64,000 nt of DNA from Lingula anatina (lineage: Eukaryota; Animalia; Brachiopoda): positions 18,662,001 through 18,726,000 of the forward strand of contig CM120642.1 in the NCBI GenBank assembly GCA_051362555.1, given 5' to 3'. Positions 36,690-51,580 of the stretch are shown piece by piece (position 1 is the stretch's first letter; each line of letters begins with the position of its first letter). The notes below the pieces were generated by a model. That model did not search any database and was not told the DNA's origin. It saw only the letters and a program-made list of their open reading frames with translations. Made by a program: the position numbers and the translations under genes.

Positions 36690-39600
36690 ATAAAAAGGAC
36701 TGCTAAGGGCTGATTATTCAGAGTACCCAAAGTCTTGTTTTTCCTTTGTACGTTAAGTAGAGCAAACCTAACAACCTGTGCTTAACTTGGGAGAGAGTGA
36801 AAAAATAAAGCTCAGAGACTTGACACATACTTACTATGTGCTTTGTTATTAAGATCCTTGATCAAAATGCCACCAAACACTTCCCCAATAATTTGACAAT
36901 TCTAGTAGCACACAGAACAAGCGGTTTATGATTACATACCATTAAAAAACTTTTAAAAAGGTCTTCCTCGAAAATTCCACAAATAGCTTAGACATGGATG
37001 TGACTCATTACCCAAAAGACATAAAGTGATGTGATTCATAGAACAATACAAAATTTTCTTTGACTTATCGTTCATGCTTCAACATCATCTTACCCCTATT
37101 TCCAGAATATGCACTAGTAACCATCTGATTACATATTTGTAGCTCCCACTGTTTATATATACACAACTGCAGGCAAGTCAAGAATAAACCACAATGTATC
37201 CTCAGCCTACTATCCTAAGCCTGGTCCGATATATAGACCTGTCTCGTTCCCGAGAAAAACACAGCCTGGTATTCCAGGTAACCAGCCCACATGTACCACA
37301 GCTGAATCAGTAATGAGAGTGAGAGCACAGAGAATACCTGGCAAGTCCGAGATATTTAATCAAAATACCACCGCTGCTGGGAGATTCTCTTACACAGTCC
37401 CAACATGACATGACATGACATGACATGACATGATATGACACCCTGAGTTTCACAGATTACAGGAAATTCACCTTTTTGTCATTATAAATGAGGTGAGCTT
37501 TTCATGATCTCTGATAACCAGGGTGCACCATATTGGCCCCTGCCATGCTGCCCCCCCCCTCCAACACACACACACTTCTCACACACTACACACACACATA
37601 CACAGCTAGTCACAAATATTTGATGAAAATTTTATCCAAGATTATAAGCCAAGATTAATCAGCAGTATGTTGAAACAGGTTTTTGATTTTCTCTTATGTA
37701 AAGATGGAAAAAATCTCATCTTAAGAGACTAAATGTCTTCTTTTACCTGAAGCATTGAGGAGTTGGTTACAAGATCAAGGACTTCCCTGATAAAATGTTT
37801 AATCTTTTATGTAACAAGTGATGTTTCCACTACACATTACAAGCGAACCACTTAATGCCGCACCTGCTTCATAAAAAGGAAAGGACTGTTTTAGACCAAT
37901 AGTTACTTTATCTTTAGAAATAGACAAACAGGACTCTAGTGGCTTAATGGTAATGACTCAGTCTTTTCAATGGGCAACAATGATCAAACTTTCAGATACA
38001 TAATTTTATAATCACAAAAATTTATTATATCTCTATACAGTATTTGTGGTGCTTTTACCTCATAAAACTGAACTATAGAGTACTAGTACCCTGCTTTTTT
38101 AATTATGTTGCTACCAGAATATTCTAATTGAAAAAAAAAATTGAGAATGTTCTAATAAAAAAATACAGTATCTGTAAAATCACAATTTTCCCCCACTGAA
38201 AAGATCAAGGAATTACTGTATCCTAGGTAGAATCAGCTAGGTCAAAATTCACTAAATTCACCAAAAGCCCAAGCCAAACACAACATTTTCCCCCCTTTTC
38301 CTTTCATTGATTAATCATAGCTGACATTAAATGCAATGCAATCCTTCACTGTCTCTGGTATCTCACCTCCCAGAGTGGAAGATCTAAGATGTCTACCTCT
38401 TGGTGCTTCCAGGTAATTGAATGAGAGCTCCCAGAATGGAGACTTTTCCCTTTGATTCTGCTGACTCCCATCACTCAAGGACATTGTGATCGATCTCAAC
38501 ACCTCCCACGGGGCAATAAAAATATTCTGGTGTTAAGTTGAGAGAAAAGTTTCAGAGAAATTGCAAAACCTGTTTAAAGAAATGTTATCAGTTTAACATT
38601 GGAGGGAAGGTGCCTGAAAGAAAAATTGGAGGGGAGGGGGGGGGGGGGAGGACCACTAAGTTTGCATGAAAAGGTGTATTATCTGTATTTCATCATAGTG
38701 AATTGTAAAACTTGTGGCAGTCTGCCCTGATAACATATCGTAAAGATGTTGCATTTCTTTTTTCATCTCTGTCCTGTTATCTTATATTATATACAGTAAG
38801 TTATTAGTCTCATTAAATACCCATTCTGCACAATCTGCATGTGCCACAATTTGTCGAGATCACATTACTCCAGAATTAATATGCTGTATGAATACTTGAT
38901 GATAGTAGCACAATTACTTTGATTTGTATTAAGGCTATTTTTTTTCATCATTTTTTGAAAAAGTTAATAGATAAAAAAGATTAAAAATTTAGAAAATGTC
39001 ATTCTTTCTTGACTTGGAATCTGCAAAAGCTTTAACATGCAGTTCTTTGTATCATTATGCCCTAATGAAATTAGTTCAGGGTTAAGAAAAAGCACATGAA
39101 TGTCTACAGCTAGAGATCTGCATAAAATTGGCTAAACAGTTTGTGCTCTTTAATGTGATGCTCATGTCGACCACAAATTTTAAGTTTGTGCCATGAAATC
39201 GTATTTTGAGTCATTAATTTGGTGTTTGTGCTCCAGATCGCTAACAGCAATTATCGTTCATGAAACCTGACTCGAACTTGAAGGATATTTTCTACATTCA
39301 GGGAATAGATCGTAACAGATTCACCAGTGACAGAAAATGCCTGCCAGCACCTATAGATAGTAACTTTTGCACAAAGTGGCATCCCACCCCAAGTTTGACC
39401 AATTGTTATATTTCACTGAGTAGAATTGAATGCTATCTGTTTTTGTTCACTTCAAGACCATTAAACATCACTCACATAGCTGAGACTGACTTCTAAAACA
39501 ATTGCCTTCTTTTTTGGAAATTAATTCTCTGTGCAATCAAATACTTTAGAAGACATTTACAAAGTTGGGAACCTCTATAAAAAATAATAAAAAAAAAAAT

Positions 39601-41695
39601 TGTTCATTTTTTCTCAATAGTACTCCCTGCAACTGCTCTTCAACTTTCAAGTAAACTAAAATGAAAATACATCTGTAACTATTAAGGAGTTGAAACCAAG
39701 ACTGAGAGCTAAACATTTCTATAACATCTGAATTGGAAAGGTTAAAGATGTTGAAAAGAGATTGAAGTACGTGCAAACGTTCCGCACATTAAGAACATGA
39801 CTGGCATGGGTGAATCGGTTAAAAAATGAGCATGATCAAAATCTCTCTTACAGGTAAATGTCACACTTCTTCTCCAATTTGTGTGAATTACACCTTAACT
39901 TCACACCTGGTCTAAAATCACAGCTGCATTTCCATTCAAGATGTGACGACTTCACTTGCTAGTCGTGTGATTACTAAGTTCTTACCTACGACAACCAGGA
40001 ACAAAACCAGAGGACAGATCGCAACGAATTTTCCATCCAACAATATCAAGTTGAGATCAATAAAACAGATGCATCTTTCAGTTCAATGAGTTATGCTGAG
40101 CTCCATTTGCATCTTTGGTCAGAATAATTACGAGTCCATCATCCTTGAAATGTTAAATCTTGCCATCAGCTTCTCTGTTTGTTCTGGACATAAATACTAT
40201 TAAAAAGGCAGTAATCTTCAGTCAACAGAATTAATATGGTGTATGGTGGCAGTGCATGTCCTCAGGACCCTCACCATACAATTGAGAGTGCCATGATAAA
40301 ACATGACACGGAAGATGCTATGGCGGAACAAGAAAACAATTCCTCTCTCGAGGCATATCATAAAATACAGCACAGGTCGTTAATATTGCAGTCAATTTGC
40401 CAGCTCTTTTAATGTTTGCTTGGCACAACAAATACTAGTACTAGTACTTGTAAATCCTTCCTGTATGGGTACTCATCAAAATTAATGTTCTACATGGGTC
40501 TATCCAACTCTGTGGGGACTCTTGCTGAATGCAATCAGATTAACACACCTCCTCTTGTTCCCAACATATTGTATTTTACTCATTGGTGAGAATGAGCCCT
40601 TTAAGGCTTAGAAGATTCTGCAGTCAGTTTGTTAGATGATGGCCCAAGAGAACAGAGGTGTTTCAAACAGTTTTCAGTTAAACATGTTAATTTTGACTGG
40701 TACTTAGTAACTTTGGGGTTTGAAAAAGGGAGTAAACTCTCTAAAGCATAACCACATGTTACTATTAGTCATACTGTATGTGCACCACTATATATGAAAA
40801 GCGTCTTACAAATTCTGAGCACAACAGATTCTCATTTGTCAAATTTTCAGACTGAAAATTCTGAAGACCATACCATCCAATTGCAGATTTTCTTGTGATA
40901 GTCAATGCAAGCTCCTTGTACAGCCCCAGAAAAACTATTGCACAGGCATCAAAAGACAGGACATATTCTGAGAGAACTTTTTTTAATGATTGGCTGACAA
41001 AAAATTGCAAGATCTAGAACATGAAAGGCTCTTGACAATTCTGAAGTTAATTTACTAACTCTTCTGGTAGGATGAAGAAAATCTTTAGGCCCATGATAAA
41101 ACAAGAGAGGTTATTCAAGTCAATGTGCTGAATCAATAGCAAGAATCATTTTTTTCCAAGCCTTCACCTGAGACTCTCTGGTAACTGAATAGCTCATTTA
41201 GAGGTATAGGTTTGCTGTTGATTTTTTTACAAAAGAACCTCTGCTCCTAAATTAGTCCAAATATTTTACTTCAGCTCAACATAAATCTATTAGTTTAAGA
41301 AGTGAAAGTAATAATAAGTCAGAGATATAGCCATTTACATTCCCGTTAAAAAACAGGTCCAATATCTCATCTCATTGCAGTACTAGTCTACTGATTTATA
41401 GTGGGTGAAAGTAGACTAAATTTTTTTTGTCTAAAAGTAAAGACCAATGTTTGAGCTAAAGTTTCTTTAGTGAAACAGACTACTGCTTTGTCAGGCCTCG
41501 TACACAATAATTGCTGTATGCTACCACAAATCCTAGATTTTGGAGCATAAATGCCCAAATTAACAGAGAGAGCAACAGATTCAAGTACCCCAACATAAAA
41601 TTAGTAGACACAAATGCAGAATCAGAGCAGTCTGTGTGTCATAACGAACACAGAGTTAGAGAAGTCTGTGTGTCATAGGGCTATTCTTGTGGCTA

Positions 41696-41862
41696 CAGGG
41701 GCGGATTTAGGCCGTCTTCTGGGTCTTCTGGAAGACGGTCAGATTTTTAAGTTAACATTGACGGGTGTCTAATTTTTCTGTCGGAAGACGGTCATAAATG
41801 GAGGATGAATCAACAAAGATAATTTGGAAGACTGTCAGAAAATTTCTCTGGATCCGCCCCTG
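41696..41862 (+). mobile_element. CAGGGGCGGAT-TIR MITE
   Basis: caggggcggat...atccgcccctg; inverted copy at 41948-42105. Confidence 0.75.
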
Positions 41863-41947
41863 GTTGGGGTACTTAATTTGTGTCTCTAGTTATTAATTTG
41901 GGCATTTGTGCTTATAAATCTGAGCCTGGAGTTCGCAAACACCTAAC

Positions 41948-42105
41948 CTGGGGCCGGATCCAAAGATATTTTCTGACCGTCTTCCAAATTATCTTTGTTG
42001 ATCCATCCTCTATTTTAGACCAGAAAAATTAGATACCCATCAATGTAAACTTGAAAATCTGACCGTCTTCAGAAAGACCCAGAAGATGCCCTCAATCTGC
42101 CCCTG
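41948..42105 (-). mobile_element. Inverted copy of the 41696 MITE
   Basis: Reverse-complement homology along its length. Confidence 0.75.
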
Positions 42106-43829
42106 CTTCACCTGTATATAAGGCCTGTACGTCTGAGAGTTCATGATTCCACCAATAGGGCCATACCCTTAATAAAACAGGTCTACTAGGTTACTCCTAA
42201 CTGTCAGAACAGTACTTGAAAGCAATTGCTGAACATGGATAAAATGTTGCTCCTCAATTTTTTTTTAGTAGAATCAAAGTATTTTTGCCTAGTTATTTGG
42301 GCCAGAAAGTAGGGGTCTTCTTGTATAATGAGACTATTAGTGTGCCACAGGCAGCAGTCAGAGACTTAATTCTGCCAATTAAACTTACTGATGGAGTGAA
42401 TTACCAGGGGCATTTCATTATTAAGTTATTGATCAGATTTTGATATTTAGATCTCTGATAAACCAATACTTATAATGTTGACTTCTGTGTAAAAAAATCT
42501 TTGAATGAAAAAGTTATGTTCTTTCACTACTTTTAGAATAGAATGTGAATCCACATGAAAATTTTCTACATTTCTGTTGGAACTTCTGCTATAAGTTTAG
42601 CTCAGGTCTGTCCAAAATAACAGATACTAGTAGACCAGACAATATTCATAAGTTGGTTAACAAGTGCAACCAACTCATTTCTGTTTAAAAACCTATTCTT
42701 TCAAATAGAAACTCAATACAATCCAGGAAAACAAGAGCCTGAAGTATTCAAGTTTAGTTGCTATAATTGCTGAACATCGTACGTTTTAAAAACAAAACAT
42801 TTATAAATGGTGTCTACTGACCCTGTTTACAGAGAGTTACTGTTCAGGTAACCAACTTATTAATTTTGTCTGGCCTGAGCTCTGATCAGTCCAAAATATC
42901 AGTCACTACAAGAGTTATGCATACAAAGGTTATGAATTATCCTGCCAATTCTCCTGATCACTGATTATGATTTTTTTCTTTGGAGATAATTTATAAGAAA
43001 TTTCAAGAGACTTTGTGCTGTTTCTCACAGGTTATTATTTAAAACTTTTCTATTAAACTAACTTGATCCATTAAATACCCCAGCTCTTGAGATGGTAACA
43101 CTGGTTTCCACGATGATTAGATGTCATCTTAGCTAATTGACATTCAATCAATTTCATAAAGTAGTAATCAATACACTTAAATTTAGGGAAGGCTGCAAAT
43201 GCCAAAGAAATGCAATATATTGCAATTAACAAAGACACAGGCTGAAATTAAGCCAAACTAAAGTGCACTTGATTGAGATTTCTTTTTAATTTGATCTCTT
43301 AACCAAATTCTTTATTTATCTATTGTTTTACTTTTACTCTACATATGATCAGACTTGCTCCAAAAGGAAAATGATTTCTGATTTTTATAATGGGCTAAAT
43401 ACTAGTAAACTCTTTTCTTATTTCACCACAATATTACTGTTACAAAAATTATTGAAACACATCCAATGTTGCAAGTTATTGATCTGATTATTCAGTTATT
43501 GCAAAAGAACTGCACTGGAATACTAATTCTCAATAAAACAATTTGACAAAATAGAATGATACAGGGATGGGTTAAAAAAAAACTCTAGCTTCTTCATCAA
43601 AAATTCATTAAAAACACCCTAACATGGGTATACATCATACCAAATCCTGTTGATGTCATAAAATCATATCTGCAAAGAATATTTATAGTGTTGATAAAAC
43701 AATATGTATTTCAGTTTCGTATCATTGGATTTGGTATTGCTTCATCTTTCGATTCATCTGCTAGGTCTCATTTTTTTGACAATTATTCCTGTTCATCTAT
43801 TTTTGCTACACATACAACAACAAAAAAAA

Positions 43830-46800
43830 AAACAAGGCAGCAAAGCTGTCAAATGTACAGACAAAAAACAGGAAATAACTATGCACAAAATAGGCTACTG
43901 TCAATTCTGATGCAAAAATACATTATGTTAAACTGCAAATTCAACATCAAATTTTAATTATCCTCAACAATTAATACCAATGTAATTAAAATATGTGACA
44001 AGTTTACATTTTGAAAATGTATAACTTCCAGAAAAAGAAGTTCCTTAGACTGCTTTTCCAACTCAGACTGCATTTTAGTCCTGTATTTCTTTTTTGAAAG
44101 TTTGGCAATCATAAGTAACATGGTTTTCCCATAATGGTCATCATGGCAGCAGCACCCAAAATTGTGTTTTCTTCTATTTTGATGCCATATTACATAATGG
44201 TTAACAGAATAATGACCGTCAATAATAATAAAATATACGTATCATGGATTTTCAGAAAATGTGACTAGCATGGGTCTTCAAGCCCGTGGAACTTCAAAGT
44301 CACACCTTGAAAATGCCAATATGTGAAAAATTAAATTTTCACAAAATAACTGTTTAACTGGCAGCAAGAATTACCAAACAGACTGTATTTCCTACTGAAG
44401 CTGTATTTTAGTCCCATGTTACTTTCCTGTAAGTTTGAGAACAGTAAATGACATGGTTTTTCTTAAATGGTCATCATGGGAGCAGTGCCCAAAATAGTTT
44501 TTTTTTTTTCAAATTTTGATGCAATATTACATAATGTTTAACAGCATAATGACCATCAACTTTAATAATAAAATATTAATATTATGGATATTCAGAAAAT
44601 GTGACTAGCAAAGGTCTTCAGGCCCATGGAACTTCAAAGTCACACCTTAAAAATGCCAAAATGTAAACAAGACTGCACTGTTCTGAAATGGGTTTATTTC
44701 CATTTTTAACAATTTTTAACATAAAACAAAATTAACAGTTTTCTGCCGTTTTTATATGATAAACTAAGAAAATTGATGAGATGGGAAAAATATCAACAGA
44801 GCAGTGTTAAATGTCCAATCTCTTCCATTCTGAGATTCTGAACATAGTGAATGATTGAATCTGACAAACTGCAATGATATGAGTTTATTTCCATTTTTGA
44901 AACTTTATTACACAATACACGATAACAAGTTTACCATCATTTTTACATAATCAACTAATAATGTTGTAAAATTGCAGGAAATGCCAAACAAACACTTTTA
45001 CGTATCTTATTAGTTCAATAATGAAACTGTTTACAAACCTAAGAATTAAATCTGAGGAAATGTGAGAAAACTGCATTTCTTTAAAATAATGGCCCGATTA
45101 TGCTGATTTTTGAACTCAACCTGCGTTTTAGCAGGAATGACCACTCCTGTGAGTTTAATGACAATTGGCCTATCTGTTTTTTCTTATATTGTGTTTACAG
45201 TGTTGCATTTATGCTGAAAAGTGAAAAAAAAAAGCATAACTACTAAAATAGTGGCCCGATCATGCCGATTTTCGAACTTGACCTGCATTTTATGAATATT
45301 CATCAGCTCTGTAAATATACAGCCAAAAAGTAAAACTGCCTTCCACTTATCGTGTTTACAATGAAAGTGCATGGCGCCGGGGACAGCAACAGTGACGGCA
45401 ACGACGGCGACGACAGACGCAGGTGATGGCAATATGTACAGACACATCTGTACATATAAACTGTACTGTTTGAGAACAGTAAGTGACATGGTTTTTCTTA
45501 AATGGTCATCATGGGAGCAGTGCCCAAAATAGGTTTTTTTCAAATTTTGATGCAATATTACATAATGTTTAACAGCATAATGATCATCAATTTTTAACAA
45601 TAAAATATTAGTATCATGGACAAATAGTAAACGTGACTAACAAAGGTTTTTAGGCCGATGGAACTTCAAAGTCACACCTTAAAAATGCCAAAATGTAAAC
45701 AAGACTGCACTGTTCTGAAATGGGTTTATTTCCATTTTTAACACTTTTTTAACATAAAACAAAATTAATAGGTTACTGCCATTTTTATAAGATCAACTAA
45801 GAAAATTGATGAGATGGGAAAAATATCAATAGAACAGTGTTAAATGTCCAATTTCTTCCATTCTGAGATTCTGAACATAGTGAATGATTGAATCCGACAA
45901 ACTGCAATGATATGAGTTTATTTCCATTTTTGACACTTTATTACACAATACACGATAACAAGTTTACCATCATTTTTACATAATCAACTAACAATGTTGT
46001 AAAGATGCAGGAAATGTCAAACAAACACTTTTACGTATCTTATTACTTAAATAATAAGGCTATTAACATGCCTAAGAATTAAATCTGAGGAAATCTGAGG
46101 AAATGTGAAAAAACAGCATAACTTCTAAAATAATGCCCCGATTATGCTGATTTTCGAACTCAACCTGCGTTTTAGTAAACACGATAAGTGGAGGGCAGTT
46201 TTACTTTTTGGCATAATATTTACAGAGCTGATGAATATTCATAAAACGCAGGTCAAGTTCGAAAATCAGCATGATCGGGCCATTATTGTATAAGTTATGC
46301 TGTTTTTTCACTTTTCAGCAAATATGCAACCCTGTAAACATTTTGTGCATAGTTATTTCCTGTTTTTTGTCTGTACATTTGACAGCTTTGCTGCCTTGTC
46401 TTATATTGTGTTTACAGTGTTGCATATATGCTGAACAATGAAAAAAACACATAACTACTAAAATAGTGGCCCGATCATGCTGATTTTCGAACTTGACCTG
46501 CGTTTTAGTAAGATTGATTACTCCTGTGAGTTTCATGACAACAGGCCTAACGGTTTTCCTTAAAATGTGTTTACAAGGTTGCATATATGCTGAAAAGTGA
46601 AAAAACAGCATAACTTCTACAATAATGGCCCGATCATGCTGATTTTCGAACTTGACCTGCGTTTTATGAATATTCATCAGCTCTGTAAATATAAAGCCAA
46701 AAAGTAAAACTGCCTTCCACTTATCGTGTTTACAAGGAAAGTGCACGGCGACGGCATCGGCATCGGCATCGCCATCGGCGACGGCGACGACAGACGCAGG

Positions 46801-46840
46801 TGATGGCAATATGTACAGACACATCTGTGTCTGTACATAA
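43830..46840. mobile_element. Rearranged Helentron/HINE-like compound repeat
   Basis: aacaag plus stem-loop gcagcaaagctgtc plus subTIR atgtacagac; opposite ends ...tctgtacata at ~45452 and ~46838; ~1035-bp duplication; 60-bp exact inversion (43832-43891 vs 46340-46399). Confidence 0.7.
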
Positions 46841-46982
46841 AAAAAAAAAAATTGCTCAGAGAACACAGACCTCTACTAAGAAGCTCAATACTCAAAATTT
46901 TAAATATAAATGGACCACCACCAAAATCTAATGGATTATAAATAAGTCCATTTCTGAATCCCTTCATAATCCCTTTGAGTAA

Positions 46983-47235
46983 GGGACCATTTCCACAGAT
47001 ATTTGGATCCATCTATCTCCTTGGGGAGTCTAACTAAATTGCTATCAACTTAACCAGCTTAAATGTCTGTCACGTCAGTAACGCCGTTAAGAGGTAATTA
47101 TCTTTACCCCCTAGCTGATTCAGTAGGCGTGAAACTGAAAGACATTTAAGTTGGTTAAATTGATAGCAATTTAGTGAGACTCCCCAGTGAGTTAGACCGA
47201 TCCAGATGCATCGATCTAGGCATGGGAACCCAGTC
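46983..47235. mobile_element. MITE family B copy (reverse orientation relative to 25014)
   Basis: gggaccatttcc...gggaacccagtc; TAA on both flanks. Confidence 0.8.
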
Positions 47236-49212
47236 TAAGGCTGTCACCTACCAAACCAAAACAGGCAAAAATAAATAAATAAATTAATAAATAAATAAAT
47301 AAGTAAATGAATGAATAAATTAACTCAATGGTGGAAGTAATTACACAAAAATCAAGGGGTGAAGACTGGGTGTGGTAGGTAAAGAGAGGAGAGAAATCAG
47401 AAATCTTCCCTAGCATGTTTCCAAAACAGAATGGCCTACATCCCTGGAGGAAAAGACACATGCACTGAGCCTGCAAAATCATATTTCATGTATTCAGTGC
47501 TGTAAATATAACTGAACCATTAAAAAAATGTCCATGCAGCAGGGGGGCAAAAATAATCTAGGGTTCCCCTATTCTTTACATCCTAGGCATGATGCTGAGA
47601 ACGACTTTTCCACTTCTACTGATATTTCAAACCATTTTCAAGTACAATCAGGTCAGGGTAGAGTGACATAAATAAGCCAGCAGTTTAATGAATAATGGAT
47701 TTTTATTCTCTTTTGGATGACAAGCATATATTTGGAAAATATGATGGGGGTGCCATTAAACAGCAGATTATTTCTTACAGGTGAAGTTGGGGCTAATTCA
47801 ACCAGTCTCAAAACACCTTATCCAAAATGAAAAAAAAAGAAAAGAAAGAAAAGAAAAGAAAGGGAAAGAAAAAAAGTGGAATATTAAATGACAAATTCCA
47901 ATCAAAGCCATGTAGAAAATACATTCTAATGTTTTTACACAGGTGAAGGCTTTGCTGAATATCAAATTGGATTTATTTTCTTTGTATATATTAAAACCAT
48001 TAAGATTATAGTGAAAATTGGTTCGGTAGGTGGCAACATGTGGATCAAACCTGTGAAAAATGAAGACTCTTTTAACTTCACTTCAAACTAATGAGAGCAG
48101 GGGTCTAGAGATTGTCTTCCCCCTAACCTGTCAAAGACAAAAATAACTTTTCAAAGGTACTCATACCTACAATATACAAAACTGACAAACAAAGAACCAG
48201 CATCAAAAGTGACAATTATTTGCCCATATTGTCCAGGCCTTCTCCCTCAGATAGGAATGAGGTCAAGGGGTTCGAAAGAGTCACCCTTTTGGCCAGAAAG
48301 GTCTTCTCTTCATCAAAATTTGATCTAGGGTCTATGTTTTTTCCCAAGTTGGATCAATTAAGGGGTGAAAAAGTCTGTTTTTTTTTCAATGAAAAAAAAA
48401 AGAACCCCTGCTTTGAAATAGCGACTACATGCCTGGTTATATCACTTAAAGATGTCAACTTAACTTGTTCAGTAGGTGAAACTTTATGAAGGATTTAACA
48501 TTTCAAATTAAATCTGCAAGACGGGAAGAAGATGACTTTAAATGTCATCCTAAATGTTAATGGCTGTGATACACTTAGCAAGTCACACAGAGTAAACAGG
48601 CAGATGCAAACATACTTCAGTTCTACTTCATACCAGACGTCTTTTGGACAGAGCCAATAACATTTCCCCTAAGCAAAAACGGGCAAACAGTGGGTAGAAC
48701 TTTTTAGTTCCAGCAATAAAAAGATATATAGCATCAACATTTTACCTCTAATACTTGACTATGATTGGATCCTAGTACTTGTTCAAGATTGTGGGTTTTA
48801 ATTGGTTGTAAACTCTTACTAGTACAACAAACTTTTACTAATTTTAGCTGAGAATCTTTTTTTTCCTTCTATAACCTTAGGTAATGATTGAAAGCTCTTA
48901 GAACAAACTTTCACTAATTTTAACTGAGAATTTTTTTTTTCCTTCCATAACCTTAGATAGATTTTAAGGAATCCCCCTCACGTCTTAGTCTTGAAATATA
49001 AAACCCCAGATTGAGTATCGATAATTATTAAGTGATGTGAAGAAGAATAGTTTACGCCAAATAATAATATAGGACACAAAATTTTCACTAACTTTAGGTG
49101 AGAATCTTTTTTTTTTTTCCTTCTGTAACCTAGGAACCTTAAAATCCACTCAGATCTGTATATATGTCCATCCATCCATTAACTCACCTGTAAGTATGCA
49201 TGCACACACATG

Positions 49213-49243
<31 letters not shown>

Positions 49244-50533
49244 GGTCTGATTTTCGATAGACATACTTATCATTCATCTGGTTTTACTAATACAGTTATA
49301 TAACTTCAATAGACTGAACACAAAAGTGAGAGCTTTCTGGCAAATATGCCAATAACTATTACTCCTAATCATTATTCCTAACAAATGTTATTACTTCAGT
49401 CAATCTATTCCCTAGTGTGCTTTTTTATCAAATGTGACAGATTAGTTGGGGTCATTAGGTTAGACAAGTCAGATATTTCACTTACTAGGTTCTCTTCTCT
49501 AAAATTCCCAAAAGAACAGACTCTGACTTTCTTTATTAGCCAAAACTCATTATTTTGTGCAATAAGCATGATTTGAAGCTTATAGAACATACATACACTT
49601 TCTTGGCTTTTCACTTATGTCATTTTTTCTTCTTATTCTTCTTTTCTTGCTACATGCTTTGGCATTTAATCATTTAATTTGAATGCTTCATAGGAATTCC
49701 TCTATGCTTTCTCATGTTTCAAGTGACAAGCTCCAAGTCAACCTACAACATCAACTGAATATATATCTTCTTATTTGAAAGATAATACATAAATATAGAT
49801 TCCTTTTTGTACCAAGAAAATATAAATCATAAGTGACAGGTGAAATTAATGAACTTGTCAAGGAAAATTAAGAGTGCTATGGCTCATGGGCATTTTAAGT
49901 TATTGAGAAATAACATATACAGCTTTATGGGAATGGTTACTAGTAGTTGGAATTTCCAGCATAAATAGCAGAAAGTTTCAAGTGTTTGCACTTCTATTTA
50001 CATTTTATGATATATATGCAAGTATAATGCATGAAATATAGTGAGGTGCACATAACTGTAAACTGTAAAATGATAATCAGTCACCATGTAATGAAAGCTT
50101 TTATACATATGTATTGATGGCTTTTTATAACACGCTAAACGCAATCCACAATTCCATGATCATGTCTCTCTCAATCTGAACTCTCAGATATTACTTCTGA
50201 ACTTCTTATATACAAATTCCTTATCTAAGGTGGACTCTGTGCTGCATTATTTCAAGGTGCATATTAATTTTTATTACTCAAATTGCACACGTCCACTTGT
50301 GAGACCATAAAATGAGTCAAGTGCACAAAAAAGCAATTCCATTAAAATTCTAACTAAAATTAACAAGTCTGACAATTATATTTGTGAACTGAACAAGCAT
50401 AACCATTGTGGTGAAAGGGCTCTTTACACCAAGAACTTCTTCCCATGTTGAACCCAGTGATGGTGGACATGAAGTTCGCATGGAGATCCCATGATACCAA
50501 GCTTACAAAAAGGATGGTATTTTTGAGTGACCT

Positions 50534-50867
50534 ACCCCTGCGAAAATTTGTCTCATTTAATGTTCACTGAGTACAGTTCTCAATCTATTCTATAACATTT
50601 GGTGTATTTTTATTTATTTACTGTATTTATTTATTTATTTATATAAATTAATTTATTTATTATTATTATTACTATTATTATTATATATATTTTTGTTCTA
50701 ATGTTGTTTTGTAATGAATGTAACAGTGCGAGAACAGTTTTTGGGAAGTCTTCTGGAATATTTTGGAACAGATTAAGAACATTTTCATTAGAAGAGGAAA
50801 ATATTAGGTTCTAGGACAGATTGAGAACCGTAAGTGAGCAATAAATGAGACAAATTTTCGCAGGGGT
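50534..50867. mobile_element. MITE with ACCCCTGCGAAAATTTGTCTCATTTA TIRs
   Basis: 26-bp perfect TIR extending imperfectly inward; TSD unclear. Confidence 0.75.
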
Positions 50868-50941
50868 TAAGTACTACATGTAGTACATCAAATCCACCAT
50901 TTCAGTATTTAACACGGGTTCTGAGGACTGCATGGCAGGAC

Positions 50942-51210
50942 TATGGAACGCCATTCACGCAAAAAATACACCACGCAATTTAAGAGTGTATTTTTTTTCA
51001 AAAGTGTAGTACTACATTATAAGATTACGGGACTACATTATTAAATGATCCGACTACATTGTTAGAAAAAAATACATTACTACTACATTATAAGATTACG
51101 GGACTACATTATTAAATGATCCGACTACATTGTTAGAAAAAAATACACTTTTGAAAAAAAATACACTCTTAAATTGCGTGGTGTATTTTTTGCGTGAATG
51201 GCGTTCCATA
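50942..51210. mobile_element. IS3EU-like MITE (young)
   Basis: ~67-bp perfect TIR starting TATGGAACGCC; 6-bp TSD CAGGAC; internal ~71-bp direct repeat. Confidence 0.88.
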
Positions 51211-51580
51211 CAGGACCTCAGGAGGCATAGTATTGACTGTATATATGGTATTTAGAAACAAACACAGGAGGATGCTGCTTGGAAGTTGGAAGACTGGCAT
51301 TAGGTGTAAGCCTCGCACTAAATTTGACTCACTTAGGACAGACTAAACCCAACCACTATAACTAAGTGCGGACTGTTACACGGACCCTCAGTTTGGTTAC
51401 ACCGAACCAGTTAAGTGTACCGCCCCGCATGAAAAGGGCTTTGGAAGTTGGACTAGGCGGTAAGTCACAGCCGGTCGATGACACGCCGAAATACCACTAA
51501 GTTTAAATTGAACTGCAAAAAAAGTAATTTCAATGACTCTATTGACAGACTATATTAAGACAATTATAATGAAACGTTAC

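Noticed and set aside
45184-47012. ORFs of 111-183 aa with repeated peptides
   Set aside because: Derived from HINE core repeats and a microsatellite-like tract
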